Notes: generated by a model not told the origin, from the letters alone. Shown: positions 9,142 through 18,192, counted from the stretch's first letter. The stretch is DNA of 56,279 nt from an uncultured Candidatus Saccharibacteria bacterium (GCA_964443635.1 CAYUDJ010000001.1:1-56279); one strand, 5' to 3'. A program made the numbers and translations.

Positions 9142-9573
9142 ATGCAAGCCTTTTTGAGTCGTCAGTATCGTCCCATATTCACCGTATTACTCCTTAGTAT
9201 CATAGGACTCGCGTACTATGTCGGCACGCTGCAGGCCCAAAAGGGTAGTGGGGGAGGTATTACACTGGCCTGTAGCGATGAGGTACTATCAGCACTTTCC
9301 ATTCCCGCCGCGTCAGCTGTCCAGGCAAAAAAGTCTGTACAAACAGGTGATTTGACAGCAGCAGCCACTGATCCGACTGATCAGGATCAGATCGCAGAAG
9401 AGGGAACACAGAGTCCCGCTGCAACCACAGGAGCATATATGGGATCAAAAAATGGCACTAAATATTACGCGCCTGACTGCCCTGCAGCAAAGCGCATTAA
9501 GCCAGAAAATGTAGTCTGGTTTCAAACTGCAGAAGATGCTAGTCTACAGGGGTACACCGCAGCCAGCTGCTAG
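9142..9573 (+). CDS. Membrane-anchored protein with C-terminal Ada-Zn-binding-like (sunset-type) domain
   Basis: N-terminal TM segment. The C-terminus [36 protein letters not shown] resembles the small Cys-containing domain annotated as sunset / Ada metal-binding-like. Confidence 0.55.
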   Translation: MQAFLSRQYRPIFTVLLLSIIGLAYYVGTLQAQKGSGGGITLACSDEVLSALSIPAASAVQAKKSVQTGDLTAAATDPTDQDQIAEEGTQSPAATTGAYMGSKNGTKYYAPDCPAAKRIKPENVVWFQTAEDASLQGYTAASC

Positions 9574-9579
9574 ACCCAC

Positions 9580-10512
9580 ATGATCAGAGCAATTCTCAGT
9601 ATATGTATCATTGGAGCATTCGGGATCCTCGCTCTCGCGATTGTCCGGCCAGAACTCGCGACTACTCTCACCGATCACGTATTGAGTACGGTCACAGAAA
9701 ATCATGAGAATGCACCACTCGAGATTCCTGTTGCACAAGATAGAAAACCAATTGCTGGTGTCCTTATTCCATCGCTTGCGTCGTACTTCGATCATGTCAG
9801 CACAAACACCAAGGGGATTGATACACTGAACGTACAAGGGATCATTGATGCAACAAACAAAGAACGCATCAGCAACGGATTGCCAGCGCTCACACCGAAT
9901 GCAAAACTCATTGGATCATCGAAACTCAAAGTCGATGACATGGTCACAAAGCAGTATTTTGAACACGTGTCTCCAACGGGGCAAAATGTCTCAAGTCTCG
10001 GTACTAAGGTCGGCTATGACTTTGTCATCATGGGAGAGAATCTTGCGCTCGGCAACTTTACCGACGCCACTGACTTGCTCACTGCATGGATGAATAGTCC
10101 AGGTCACCGTGCCAACATTCTCAATACGGGTTATCAAGAGATTGGTGTCTATGCCGCCCAGGGTACCTACGATGGTAGAAAGGTGTGGTTTGCTGTTCAG
10201 CACTTTGGTACTCCTCGTACCGCATGTCCTGTGATTAACGCATCATTGAAGACATCAATCGCGTCACTCAATGCTGACCTAAAGAAAAAAGAAAAAGTTA
10301 TCGCCGCTGCCCGAGCCGATCTTGAGAGTCCTGATCAAAGCAGTGGGGAAGCGTACAAGACCAAGGTCGCCCGTTTCAATACTCTCGTTTCGGAATACAA
10401 CACCCTCCTGCTAGTCTCCCAACAACAGGTTGCCGCCTACAACAAACAAGTGCTTGCGTTCAACAAATGTCTGACTGCATATCAGAATGACGAATCTCTG
10501 AGCAAAGAATAG
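9580..10512 (+). CDS. CAP (SCP/PR1-like) domain protein with N-terminal TM anchor and C-terminal coiled coil
   Basis: CAP blocks NKERISNGLPAL, FEHVSP, GENLA, W..SPGHRANIL...YQEIGV. Confidence 0.75.
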   Translation: MIRAILSICIIGAFGILALAIVRPELATTLTDHVLSTVTENHENAPLEIPVAQDRKPIAGVLIPSLASYFDHVSTNTKGIDTLNVQGIIDATNKERISNGLPALTPNAKLIGSSKLKVDDMVTKQYFEHVSPTGQNVSSLGTKVGYDFVIMGENLALGNFTDATDLLTAWMNSPGHRANILNTGYQEIGVYAAQGTYDGRKVWFAVQHFGTPRTACPVINASLKTSIASLNADLKKKEKVIAAARADLESPDQSSGEAYKTKVARFNTLVSEYNTLLLVSQQQVAAYNKQVLAFNKCLTAYQNDESLSKE

Positions 10513-10718
10513 GGGGAGTGTGTCAAGACCTCTTCGGAGAGGGCTACCTCTAATATATACGAGTGTCGCACAATATATCTTTTACGACGTATATATTCTT
10601 AAATAAGCTTTAATATACAAAGAAGCTAGGTTCTAAATCTAAACCACCACTTCTACTTAATCAGATATCTTTTGAGTAATCATCAAGCCATTATCTAATG
10701 CCGCCAAATAAAAACTTT

Positions 10719-11366
10719 TTACACGATTATCAGTTTTTGATCCTGGTAAATGAGTTCCAGTAACTTTCTGTAAATAATCTTCCTATGCGGATACTGATTG
10801 CTTTTGTCGTGATATTTGCGAAGAAATTCATCAAACTCTATATATCCTTTTGTACGCAAGAGGTACAAGGCATGCTTTCTATAGAGTTCAAACATTTTCC
10901 CTGCGATAATAACACTCATCCAGCCGAATGGGTCTTTACCGTGACTTGGATTTACACTAAACTGTATATCATCGTCATGGTAACTATCTTCCATCACGAC
11001 TTTGTGCATTTCAACCCATTGTCCCATGAATGATTTTCTCCGGAATGTCGGATAATGCTCATCTGGATTTTCAAAAGAATCCAACTTGTCTAATTCATAG
11101 AGAAATCTTTGGCAGTTGAAATTGACCAAATCAATGTATCGAGGTCCAAAAAAGTACCACCAAAACCTTGATTTTCTTGCTTTGTTATAAGCAACTCTTG
11201 CAAATACATATCCTCTACAAAGATCTTCGAGGAATTGTGTATCTACTAAAGAGTTTTTATCCAGAAGATATTGTTTGTATCTTCGGAAATAGAGAATGGC
11301 AAATGTTGCCACAGCGGCAAGCGGTACTAGGATACTTCCCACCAGCCAGATTGAATGTGTCGTCAT
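10719..11366 (-). CDS. Hypothetical protein with N-terminal TM segment (215 aa)
   Basis: Long ORF in an AT-rich region with no recognisable domain. Confidence 0.55.
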   Translation of the reverse strand: MTTHSIWLVGSILVPLAAVATFAILYFRRYKQYLLDKNSLVDTQFLEDLCRGYVFARVAYNKARKSRFWWYFFGPRYIDLVNFNCQRFLYELDKLDSFENPDEHYPTFRRKSFMGQWVEMHKVVMEDSYHDDDIQFSVNPSHGKDPFGWMSVIIAGKMFELYRKHALYLLRTKGYIEFDEFLRKYHDKSNQYPHRKIIYRKLLELIYQDQKLIIV

Positions 11367-11552
11367 TATTATGTTTTTTAAGAACTTCAGATTGTCCTGC
11401 TGAGACAGTTGCTAAGTTATATAGCAATAGCATTATGCATTGATTAAGTATTTTGTCAAAATCCTAGTTCTGAACTACAAGAAAAGTTCGAACATCCTCC
11501 AAGGTTCAGAGTAAAAAAATAGAGCTCATCAAATCGATAAGCTCTATATAAT

Positions 11553-11825
11553 TCAATTGTCCTGACGTTGTCGTCGATCTTGTATCATCTTATCTATAAC
11601 ATCAATCATTTGAAATGACTCAACGTCACCAGTGGCTTCAAATTCCTTATTTGCAGCTTCCAGTTTTTGTTGAAATAATCCCCATCCAATCTCTGGTTTT
11701 TCAGGATCAAATTCTACATTAAGTACAAAAGCTTGATTGAGTATATCTGCATAAAAGATAAAATCATCAATAGTCCATTTAGCCATATTTTGTAGACGCA
11801 AGGATATCTTTTCAGTTTTTGTCAT
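11553..11825 (-). CDS. Hypothetical protein (90 aa)
   Basis: ORF only. Confidence 0.45.
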   Translation of the reverse strand: MTKTEKISLRLQNMAKWTIDDFIFYADILNQAFVLNVEFDPEKPEIGWGLFQQKLEAANKEFEATGDVESFQMIDVIDKMIQDRRQRQDN

Positions 11826-12006
11826 AGGTATACTGTTTAAATTTTCTTAAATTTTCCCCACTCTATCCCTTTTAATTGACAAAGTCAACTATGGGATGTA
11901 TTGTGCAAAGAATATTAATTCCTAGTTACCGCACTAGGTGGTCAGCAATGATAACAGAGGAAGTCTTCACCTCTATCAATTGAAGATGTTCTTAAATAAA
12001 CAAACA

Positions 12007-12819
12007 ATGAGAATAATTATTGATTCTTTCGTGGGAGAATACCGATTTCTCTCAAACTTCTGGCCTTGCTATATCAGCGATGCAATGTATGAAAAACTTT
12101 TGTACCCTACCCTTCAGCATGCCTATGAGGCAGCAAAAGTCAGCGACCCTCTGACTAAAAAATTGATAAGGGATTGTGAGACACCGGGTAAGGCAAAAGC
12201 TTATCACGAAAAAAACAACACCCCAATGCATCCTTCCTGGAACACCTCAAAGAAACTTGAGGTCATGGAGAAATTGCTCATGATCAAGTTTGATGGTAAA
12301 GAGCCATTTTTAACAAGGGCGCTTCTTGCTACTGGAGATCATCAACTGATTGAAGGTAACACCTGGGAAGACACATTCTGGGGAGTGTATGAAGGTGCAG
12401 GAGAAAATCATCTGGGTAAACTTCTGATGAAGGTTCGTAAGTACTTGAACGCAGAAAAACAGGCTATTATATCGGCCCTTGCTGTGCACTCTAATAGTAG
12501 AAAGTTTACCGGTGCTGCCCTGGGTTTGTCCCAACGGGGGTTGTACCAAAAGATGATTGCGTACGAAATTGATAGTGATTCGCAAAGAGAAGCAGTTTCT
12601 GCTTTAAAACTGGAACAGTATCATGCCGCATGCAAACTAATTGAAGTTGATGGACTTGATGGTATTAAGTCTGCCGCTAATTTAGTAGGAACAGAAATTG
12701 CACTTGTGTTAGGTATAGCACACGTAAGAAGGAACTTGGGTTCGATCGACACGTATCCTGCAAGAGAAGGTATTGATGAAGATGCTAATGCAATCCTTAA
12801 AGGCGCTGCGATTCTGTAA
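12007..12819 (+). CDS. NADAR (YbiA/DUF1768) domain protein fused to a Fis-type HTH and a C-terminal extension
   Basis: NADAR blocks FVGEYRFLSNFWP, YPTLQHAYEAAK, W...KLEVMEKLLMIKF, LLATGDHQLIEGN..DTFWG, NHLGKLLMKVR. Followed by an HTH_8-like AALGLSQRGLYQKMIAYEI. The first ATG is used; the longest ORF starts at GTG 11938. Confidence 0.7.
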   Translation: MRIIIDSFVGEYRFLSNFWPCYISDAMYEKLLYPTLQHAYEAAKVSDPLTKKLIRDCETPGKAKAYHEKNNTPMHPSWNTSKKLEVMEKLLMIKFDGKEPFLTRALLATGDHQLIEGNTWEDTFWGVYEGAGENHLGKLLMKVRKYLNAEKQAIISALAVHSNSRKFTGAALGLSQRGLYQKMIAYEIDSDSQREAVSALKLEQYHAACKLIEVDGLDGIKSAANLVGTEIALVLGIAHVRRNLGSIDTYPAREGIDEDANAILKGAAIL

Positions 12820-12837
12820 TTGTTTTCTTAACTTGTA

Positions 12838-12868
12838 AAAAGGCTCACTTGTGGTGAGCCTTTTTGTT
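12838..12868 (+). terminator. Intrinsic terminator after the NADAR-HTH gene
   Basis: aggctcac / gtgagcct stem with 5-nt loop, then TTTTTGTTT. Confidence 0.65.
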
Positions 12869-12881
12869 TATTTCGATATTG

Positions 12882-12909
12882 AAAAATAAAACACCTTGCC
12901 AGGGTGTTA
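12882..12909 (-). terminator. Intrinsic terminator of the convergent NADAR-like gene
   Basis: aacacc / ggtgtt stem overlapping the stop codon. A T-run on the minus strand (complement of aaaaataaa) follows. Confidence 0.45.
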
Positions 12910-13392
12910 TTGAAGACTAAATAGTTTTAAAAGAATTTTCCTTTCGGCTAACAAGATCTCAATGTAGAGCTTTTCAGGAAGAGAAGTTTTAGGGTTCTCT
13001 GGGCCAACGTTATGGTAGATAAAACTTCCGACTGTACTGACAAGTGCCCCTTGCACATCAATCGATTGACGCACCTTTTCTCTAATAAAAGCTGCAATAA
13101 GTAAGCGATGTTCGTTTGAATTATAGGGAATTATTTTATTATCCCAATAGACAAATCTTTCCTCATCTTCCTTTACTAAATTTGTCATTTTTCGGCCATA
13201 CTGAAGAGCTGCCATACCATCAAGTGTGAAAACATATTCTCTTTCTTTCTGGTCTTCAAATTTAATTCCTTGGAGGGCTGCTTCAACGCAATTGAAATCA
13301 TATCCCCCATAGGAAAACGGTGTTGGTGCAAGGTTGCTTAGTATCCGAGCAACAGGATTGCTTGATCCAGAAGTTATGTTAATTCTTTTCAT
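12907..13392 (-). CDS. Divergent NADAR-like protein (161 aa)
   Basis: ILSNLAPTPFSYGGYDFNCVEAALQGIKF mirrors the NADAR N-terminal block (LSNF.P.PF...G..F.S.E...Q..KF). The rest is divergent, so the family assignment is tentative. Start at ATG 13392. Confidence 0.45.
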   Translation of the reverse strand: MKRINITSGSSNPVARILSNLAPTPFSYGGYDFNCVEAALQGIKFEDQKEREYVFTLDGMAALQYGRKMTNLVKEDEERFVYWDNKIIPYNSNEHRLLIAAFIREKVRQSIDVQGALVSTVGSFIYHNVGPENPKTSLPEKLYIEILLAERKILLKLFSLQ

Positions 13393-13509
13393 TTTCGTAT
13401 TTTTTTTTGAGTTAAAGAATTTGTGAAAGCTTAGCATGAGTGACTTGACTTGTCAATTATATCATGTCATGATAAGTAAAGATTTTTAAACCTTTTAAAA
13501 CAATAAATA

Positions 13510-14097
13510 TTGAAAAAGAACGAACAAATCTCGATGATGGCGGCTGCGATTGCTGGCACATTGAGTCTCGTAGCATTTCTTACGTATAGTCAGAAAACAT
13601 TTCAAGGTCAGACCCATCCGAATATCACCTCCTGGTGTGTATGGAGCTTTATAACAATCCTTAACTTTACTAGTTATAAGAAAGTTACTGGAGGTTGGAT
13701 AAAGAGCTTACTTCCTACTGCAAATGCCATTATGACAATTGTTGTTTTAGGTATTGCGCTATGGAAAGGAAGTTTTGGTCACCTTGGGTGGATTAATGCA
13801 ATATGTCTTGTATTTGGCATTGTTGCAGGCATTGTATGGATTGTAGAAGACTCTCCTGCTACTGCTCAGGTACTGTTACAGATAGCAATTGTAATTGGAT
13901 TTATTCCGACAATTACTGCTGTGTATATCAGTCCAGGAAGCGAGCCTTGGCAAGAATGGTTACTGTGGATATTCTCTTTTATTGCACAATTTGTTGCCGT
14001 TAGAAGTACATGGGAAAAGAAAACGTATATTGAATTTCTTTATCCGGTAAACATGATCATTTGCCATGCAATTGTATTTTTGCTGACAGTTAGGTAA
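13510..14097 (+). CDS. Polytopic membrane protein (about 6 TM), paralog of 51705..52292
   Basis: Hydrophobic profile. Shares GQ..PN..SW.(V/I)WS, LLQI..(V/L)I.FIP and YP(V/I) blocks with the 51705..52292 product. TTG at 13510; first ATG at 13534. Confidence 0.6.
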   Translation: MKKNEQISMMAAAIAGTLSLVAFLTYSQKTFQGQTHPNITSWCVWSFITILNFTSYKKVTGGWIKSLLPTANAIMTIVVLGIALWKGSFGHLGWINAICLVFGIVAGIVWIVEDSPATAQVLLQIAIVIGFIPTITAVYISPGSEPWQEWLLWIFSFIAQFVAVRSTWEKKTYIEFLYPVNMIICHAIVFLLTVR

Positions 14098-14148
14098 GAA
14101 AAAAATTAGACTACCCTGCATATTTTAAATAATGTGTGGGGAGTTTTT

Positions 14149-14838
14149 TTATATCTCATAAGACACTCGAATAGCATCCTTTTCCTTTTTGATTTTTCTT
14201 ATTGTTATCGTTCCAATATCATTTAGATTGGCCACATGTGTGCCGCCACACGGGATGCCAAAATCACCATAAAAGACCACTCTCATTGGTTTACCATTCT
14301 GTAGTTTAGAATCATCAAATACGAGTTTTGTTTGTATATTTCTTGCGATGATCTCGTGCGCTTTTGTTTCTATGTCTTTCTTTAATTTCTCAATATCATA
14401 GCCATCTAAATCTCCTGAATACTCTACGTATGCCCCTTGTGGGAAATGGTAGCCCTTGCTGGCAATCCAATCGATATGAAGCTCTTTGAGAACTAGATCA
14501 ATCAAGTGTCCTGCACTATGGAGTCTTGTATTAAGTTTCCTTCTTTCTTCATTCACAAAGCAGTGCACTTTCTGATTAATATTCGGGATTCCAGCTTCAG
14601 CTTTTCCAATATGTAAAACTTTTCCATCAACGTATCGTACTTCCTGTACCTCAAAAATAAATGATCCATCTTCGCTTTTAATGAAGCCTGTGTCGTACGG
14701 CTGTCCTCCACCTTGTGGATAAAAGATTGTTTGGTCGAGTATAAGAGCAGCGCTATCTTCATAGCTGGTTTTCTCAATAATAGATGCAGAACAAGTGAGC
14801 GCCTGCATATCTTTCATATATAAAAGTTCTGTATTCAT
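14149..14838 (-). CDS. alaX: AlaX-type Ser/Gly-tRNA(Ala) editing protein (tRNA_SAD family)
   Basis: Zn-binding motifs HSAGHLI and CGGTHV, with the N-terminal FYPQGGGQPYD block typical of AlaRS editing-domain homologs. Confidence 0.82.
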   Translation of the reverse strand: MNTELLYMKDMQALTCSASIIEKTSYEDSAALILDQTIFYPQGGGQPYDTGFIKSEDGSFIFEVQEVRYVDGKVLHIGKAEAGIPNINQKVHCFVNEERRKLNTRLHSAGHLIDLVLKELHIDWIASKGYHFPQGAYVEYSGDLDGYDIEKLKKDIETKAHEIIARNIQTKLVFDDSKLQNGKPMRVVFYGDFGIPCGGTHVANLNDIGTITIRKIKKEKDAIRVSYEI

Positions 14839-14900
14839 AGTTTTGAATTAGTATTAGCTTTATAAAAATGAGGAAGTCTTTCAACCTCCTCAGAAGATCT

Positions 14901-15419
14901 TTAATTGAGTGCTGGAAACGCTTTGCCATCTCTTTTAAACTCAACTTTGATTTCCCTGCCGATTTTCATTACTGCAACTCCAATGATATTTTTTCGATCA
15001 TTTTCTAGTCTTGGTATGAGGACTGGGAAAGTGCAATTTGATTTAGTGCCGGAAGTGTTCCATTTATCGAATGTAAAGCGGGCAATTTCATTTGCCATGC
15101 CTGTGCCACTCTTACATTCCCAGATAGAAATGATATCTGTATCGAGGTCTATCTCAATCAAATTAACTAGGTATTCACGAGGAGTAGTTAACCTTGTTGG
15201 AGGTAGTGTGACCCCTGGTGCGACAATCACACACCATCCATATTGAAGATGACATAATGTTGCATTGGCATCATTGATAAATGCAGAGAAACATCCGTAA
15301 TTAATGCCGTTCATTGGTTGAAATTTGATGTTGTCTACGTGCTTGAAGGCAGGAAATTCATTTGCGATTTCATGAACCGTTTGACGGTCCAAAGATCGGA
15401 TAAACATGTCTAGGCTCAT
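14901..15419 (-). CDS. Hypothetical protein (172 aa)
   Basis: ORF only. Confidence 0.5.
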   Translation of the reverse strand: MSLDMFIRSLDRQTVHEIANEFPAFKHVDNIKFQPMNGINYGCFSAFINDANATLCHLQYGWCVIVAPGVTLPPTRLTTPREYLVNLIEIDLDTDIISIWECKSGTGMANEIARFTFDKWNTSGTKSNCTFPVLIPRLENDRKNIIGVAVMKIGREIKVEFKRDGKAFPALN

Positions 15420-15538
15420 ATTTTATATTTTTATGGTGAACAATTTTTCTAAGTATAACTACGTCTAAACATTAGGGAATTTTTATATCATATATATCTC
15501 ATTTGTATCTTTTTGTTATATATGCTAGATTCTCGAAT

Positions 15539-16174
15539 ATGATCAAAATACAGGAGATTGTACGCGATATTGTGTACGCAGAAGAAGAGGCGCTCTATTC
15601 CCTTTCTAAGGGGTATATGAACCTTTCTGCGTATGCCAAGCAAATACAAAAAGAAGTAGAAGAAAAGACAAAAAAGGATGTAAAGGTATCTGGTATTGTT
15701 GTTGCGCTTTCGCGGGTACAAAAAACTCTTCACAAGGTTTACCCGCTTGTACAAGACATACGGATCAATAATATAACTACCAAATCTCCTCTTTCAGAAA
15801 TTGTATTTGAGAAGACACCAGCAATTCTTTCTCGACTCTCCTCCCTCTACGAGAAAGTTAAAACTACAAATGACGATTTCCTCACCATGACATTAAGTAC
15901 ATCAGAAGTTACTGTTATCTGTTCTGATAAAATCAAAGCCTCAATTTTGAAACACTTTAAAGAGACACCTCTGATGATAGAATCTGGTCTTGCTTCTCTA
16001 GGTATCTCGATTGATCCTAAATATTATCCAATGCCCAATATCACGTTTTCGCTCATTCGACGTATTGCAAAAAAACGTATTCCACTTGCAGAGACGATTA
16101 CCACTCATACTGAGATTATTTTTATATTTCCTCAAAAGAGTCTTTCGGAGGTTCTTGGGTTATTTAGCGAATAA
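15539..16174 (+). CDS. Hypothetical protein, possibly ACT-like C-terminal domain
   Basis: ORF followed by a strong terminator. Only faint ACT-like pattern (ASLGISIDP...FSLIRRIAKKRIPL). Start at the first plausible ATG. Confidence 0.5.
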   Translation: MIKIQEIVRDIVYAEEEALYSLSKGYMNLSAYAKQIQKEVEEKTKKDVKVSGIVVALSRVQKTLHKVYPLVQDIRINNITTKSPLSEIVFEKTPAILSRLSSLYEKVKTTNDDFLTMTLSTSEVTVICSDKIKASILKHFKETPLMIESGLASLGISIDPKYYPMPNITFSLIRRIAKKRIPLAETITTHTEIIFIFPQKSLSEVLGLFSE

Positions 16175-16176
16175 AT

Positions 16177-16212
16177 AAATAAGCCATACCGTTGGCGTAT
16201 GGCTTATTTATC
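16177..16212 (+). terminator. Intrinsic terminator
   Basis: Perfect 13-bp stem aaataagccatac / gtatggcttattt with a 7-nt loop. Confidence 0.6.
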
Positions 16213-16384
16213 AGAATTTTAATTACTACTGTATAAGTGCTATTTTCATTTTTTCTTGGATTGTTGCTTTAATTTCTTGGTTTGTTAAAATACTGCCGGT
16301 TTATTGACAAATTCAATAGAAAGTTGTAAATTTCATCAAATTCACTTTTGGCGCTTTTGCACTTAAATCTTTAAAAAAAAGAAT

Positions 16385-16837
16385 ATGAAACAGAAATTAA
16401 AATCTATTGCAAAAATAGTATTCCTTTTGATGGTAGACAATCTTATTAATTTAGGGCTTAGTATTTTCTCCTACATGTATGGCTTTAGGCTAATAAAAGA
16501 CGTAAAGCCTGAGTATTTTACTGGGAAGGGACATACACCACCTTATTTGGTAATGCTAATGGTTTTATTTCTTGCAATCTCTTTCTATATCAATACTAAA
16601 GCGGCGTGGAAGACTTTCCATACAAAAGAATCATTAGAAAGAACAAAGGCTGCAGTATCTATATTCTTCAGAAGTATTACGTTTTTTCCTATGGGATTCT
16701 TTATAGTGTTTCTAACATCAGCAACACTATTTGTTGATAAGTTGTCACTTATTTGGATAGAAATACTTTCTGCTGTTTTTGTCCTAAGTTTTATTCTAGC
16801 TGTTTTATGGAAGGAATATCATAGTGCAAAATTATAA
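16385..16837 (+). CDS. Membrane protein (150 aa, about 4 TM)
   Basis: Hydrophobic ORF followed by a strong terminator. Confidence 0.6.
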   Translation: MKQKLKSIAKIVFLLMVDNLINLGLSIFSYMYGFRLIKDVKPEYFTGKGHTPPYLVMLMVLFLAISFYINTKAAWKTFHTKESLERTKAAVSIFFRSITFFPMGFFIVFLTSATLFVDKLSLIWIEILSAVFVLSFILAVLWKEYHSAKL

Positions 16838-16856
16838 AGCATGTTCTAAAAAAATG

Positions 16857-16886
16857 AGGCTGTTCACGAAAGTGGACAGCCTTTTA
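16857..16886 (+). terminator. Intrinsic terminator
   Basis: 11-bp stem aggctgttcac / gtggacagcct with GAAA loop, then TTTT. Confidence 0.7.
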
Positions 16887-16907
16887 TTATTGCCCAGTAC
16901 ATAGTTA

Positions 16908-16935
16908 TTGACATAACAAAAATAGATGATATATT
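16908..16935 (+). promoter_or_regulatory. Candidate sigma70-type promoter
   Basis: TTGACA at 16908-16913, 16-nt spacer, TATATT at 16930-16935. Confidence 0.4.
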
Positions 16936-17056
16936 AAAAGTATGCACATATTTAATGCACAAATTTATACAAACCACATGTGGGTCGGGAACTGTTCCCT
17001 CCCCCTTATTCCTCGTTGGTCGGTATTTTGTGCAAGATAACTCTTTTGTCTGAAAG

Positions 17057-17081
17057 AACCGGCCTATGAGCCGGTTTTTTT
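17057..17081 (+). terminator. Leader (attenuator-type) terminator 20 nt upstream of the GNAT start codon
   Basis: aaccggc / gccggtt stem with 6-nt loop and a 7-T run. Lies between the candidate promoter and the ATG at 17102. Confidence 0.6.
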
Positions 17082-17101
17082 AACCTTAAAAATTACATAG
17101 T

Positions 17102-17659
17102 ATGCAAACAAAACCAATTGTTTTCCTTGAGGGAAAACGTGTCTATTTGCGACCACTTGACCTCTCTGATGTGGAGCTCGTCCAAAAGTATGCCAATGAT
17201 CCTGACGTGCGTCACTACCTTTCGAACCTTCTCCCTGCTTCGCGGCAAGATGAGGAGAATTGGATAAAGAAAGTAATGGAGCGCAATCCAAATGAAATTG
17301 TATTGGCCGTGGTGCTCAAAAAGCAGAACAAACTACTTGGCTGCATGGGTCTACATAGGATCAACTATGTGGACGGTACCGCGGTAACCGGGACAATGCT
17401 GGGGGCAAAGGATGAATGGAACAAGGGATATGCCCAAGAAGCAAAAATGCTTTTGCTTGGATATGCATTTCTCACCCTCAATCTCAGAAAGATTTGTAGT
17501 GCGGCAATAGCTCCCAACAAAGGAAGTATTGCGCACAACCAAAGATGTGGCTACAACATTGAAGGGTGCCAAAGAAAGCACGTGTATCGTGATGGAAAGT
17601 ATCATGACTTTGTTTTATTGGCAGTCTTCAAGAATCAATGGATGAAGTTAAAAAAATGA
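17102..17659 (+). CDS. GNAT N-acetyltransferase (RimJ/RimL-like)
   Basis: LRPLDLSDVELVQKYANDPDV...W...E...W and later GYAQEA...AF..L.L.KI blocks typical of Acetyltransf_3-type GNATs. Confidence 0.8.
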   Translation: MQTKPIVFLEGKRVYLRPLDLSDVELVQKYANDPDVRHYLSNLLPASRQDEENWIKKVMERNPNEIVLAVVLKKQNKLLGCMGLHRINYVDGTAVTGTMLGAKDEWNKGYAQEAKMLLLGYAFLTLNLRKICSAAIAPNKGSIAHNQRCGYNIEGCQRKHVYRDGKYHDFVLLAVFKNQWMKLKK

Positions 17660-17663
17660 TCAC

Positions 17664-17692
17664 AAAGCTGGTGTACCCCACCAGCTTTTTTA
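17664..17692. terminator. Bidirectional terminator between convergent GNAT genes
   Basis: 10-bp stem aaagctggtg / caccagcttt with 5-nt loop, then a T-run. Confidence 0.7.
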
Positions 17693-17697
17693 TTGTG

Positions 17698-18192
17698 CTA
17701 GCTCGAAGAGGGTTCACTCTTTGTTTCAATAACTACGTGGAGTCTATCCTGTAGCGTCTGTATGAGTCTTTCTCCTTCTGGTGAATAAATCCAGGCAAAA
17801 AGCGCAATAGTAGGATTTAGTTCCCTATAGTAGTTGATTGCTTTTTCGCTAAGAGCAAGTGCTATGCCCTTAGTTCGATGCTCCGGTAGTACAAATGCCG
17901 CGCAAAGATACACAGCTTCTGGTAGTTTTTGAATCGGTGTTTTGAATAGTAAATCTTTTTCTGAGATTTTGTTCTGTAAGAACATATCCTTCAATTCAAG
18001 TGTAGTGGGAATAACGAGCACCCACCCAATAGGTTTCTGATCGATATCTTTAAAAAAGAGTGTTTGATACCCAAGGGTGAGAAGTTTTTCGTATGATGCA
18101 CTTGTTATAGGTATTTGACCCTCATCCTCAGTAGTCTGAAAATATTGCTCTGCGACATCGAGCATGAATTGTATTTGGTCTTCCGCTGTCAT
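17698..18192 (-). CDS. GNAT-family acetyltransferase (putative)
   Basis: Motif-A-like VLPEHRTKGIALALSEKAINYY. Confidence 0.55.
   Translation of the reverse strand: MTAEDQIQFMLDVAEQYFQTTEDEGQIPITSASYEKLLTLGYQTLFFKDIDQKPIGWVLVIPTTLELKDMFLQNKISEKDLLFKTPIQKLPEAVYLCAAFVLPEHRTKGIALALSEKAINYYRELNPTIALFAWIYSPEGERLIQTLQDRLHVVIETKSEPSSS

Noticed and set aside
17064-17291. A 75-aa minus-strand ORF covers the GNAT start and the leader terminator.
   Set aside because: It is antisense to a well-supported GNAT gene and runs through a terminator hairpin. It has no motif.
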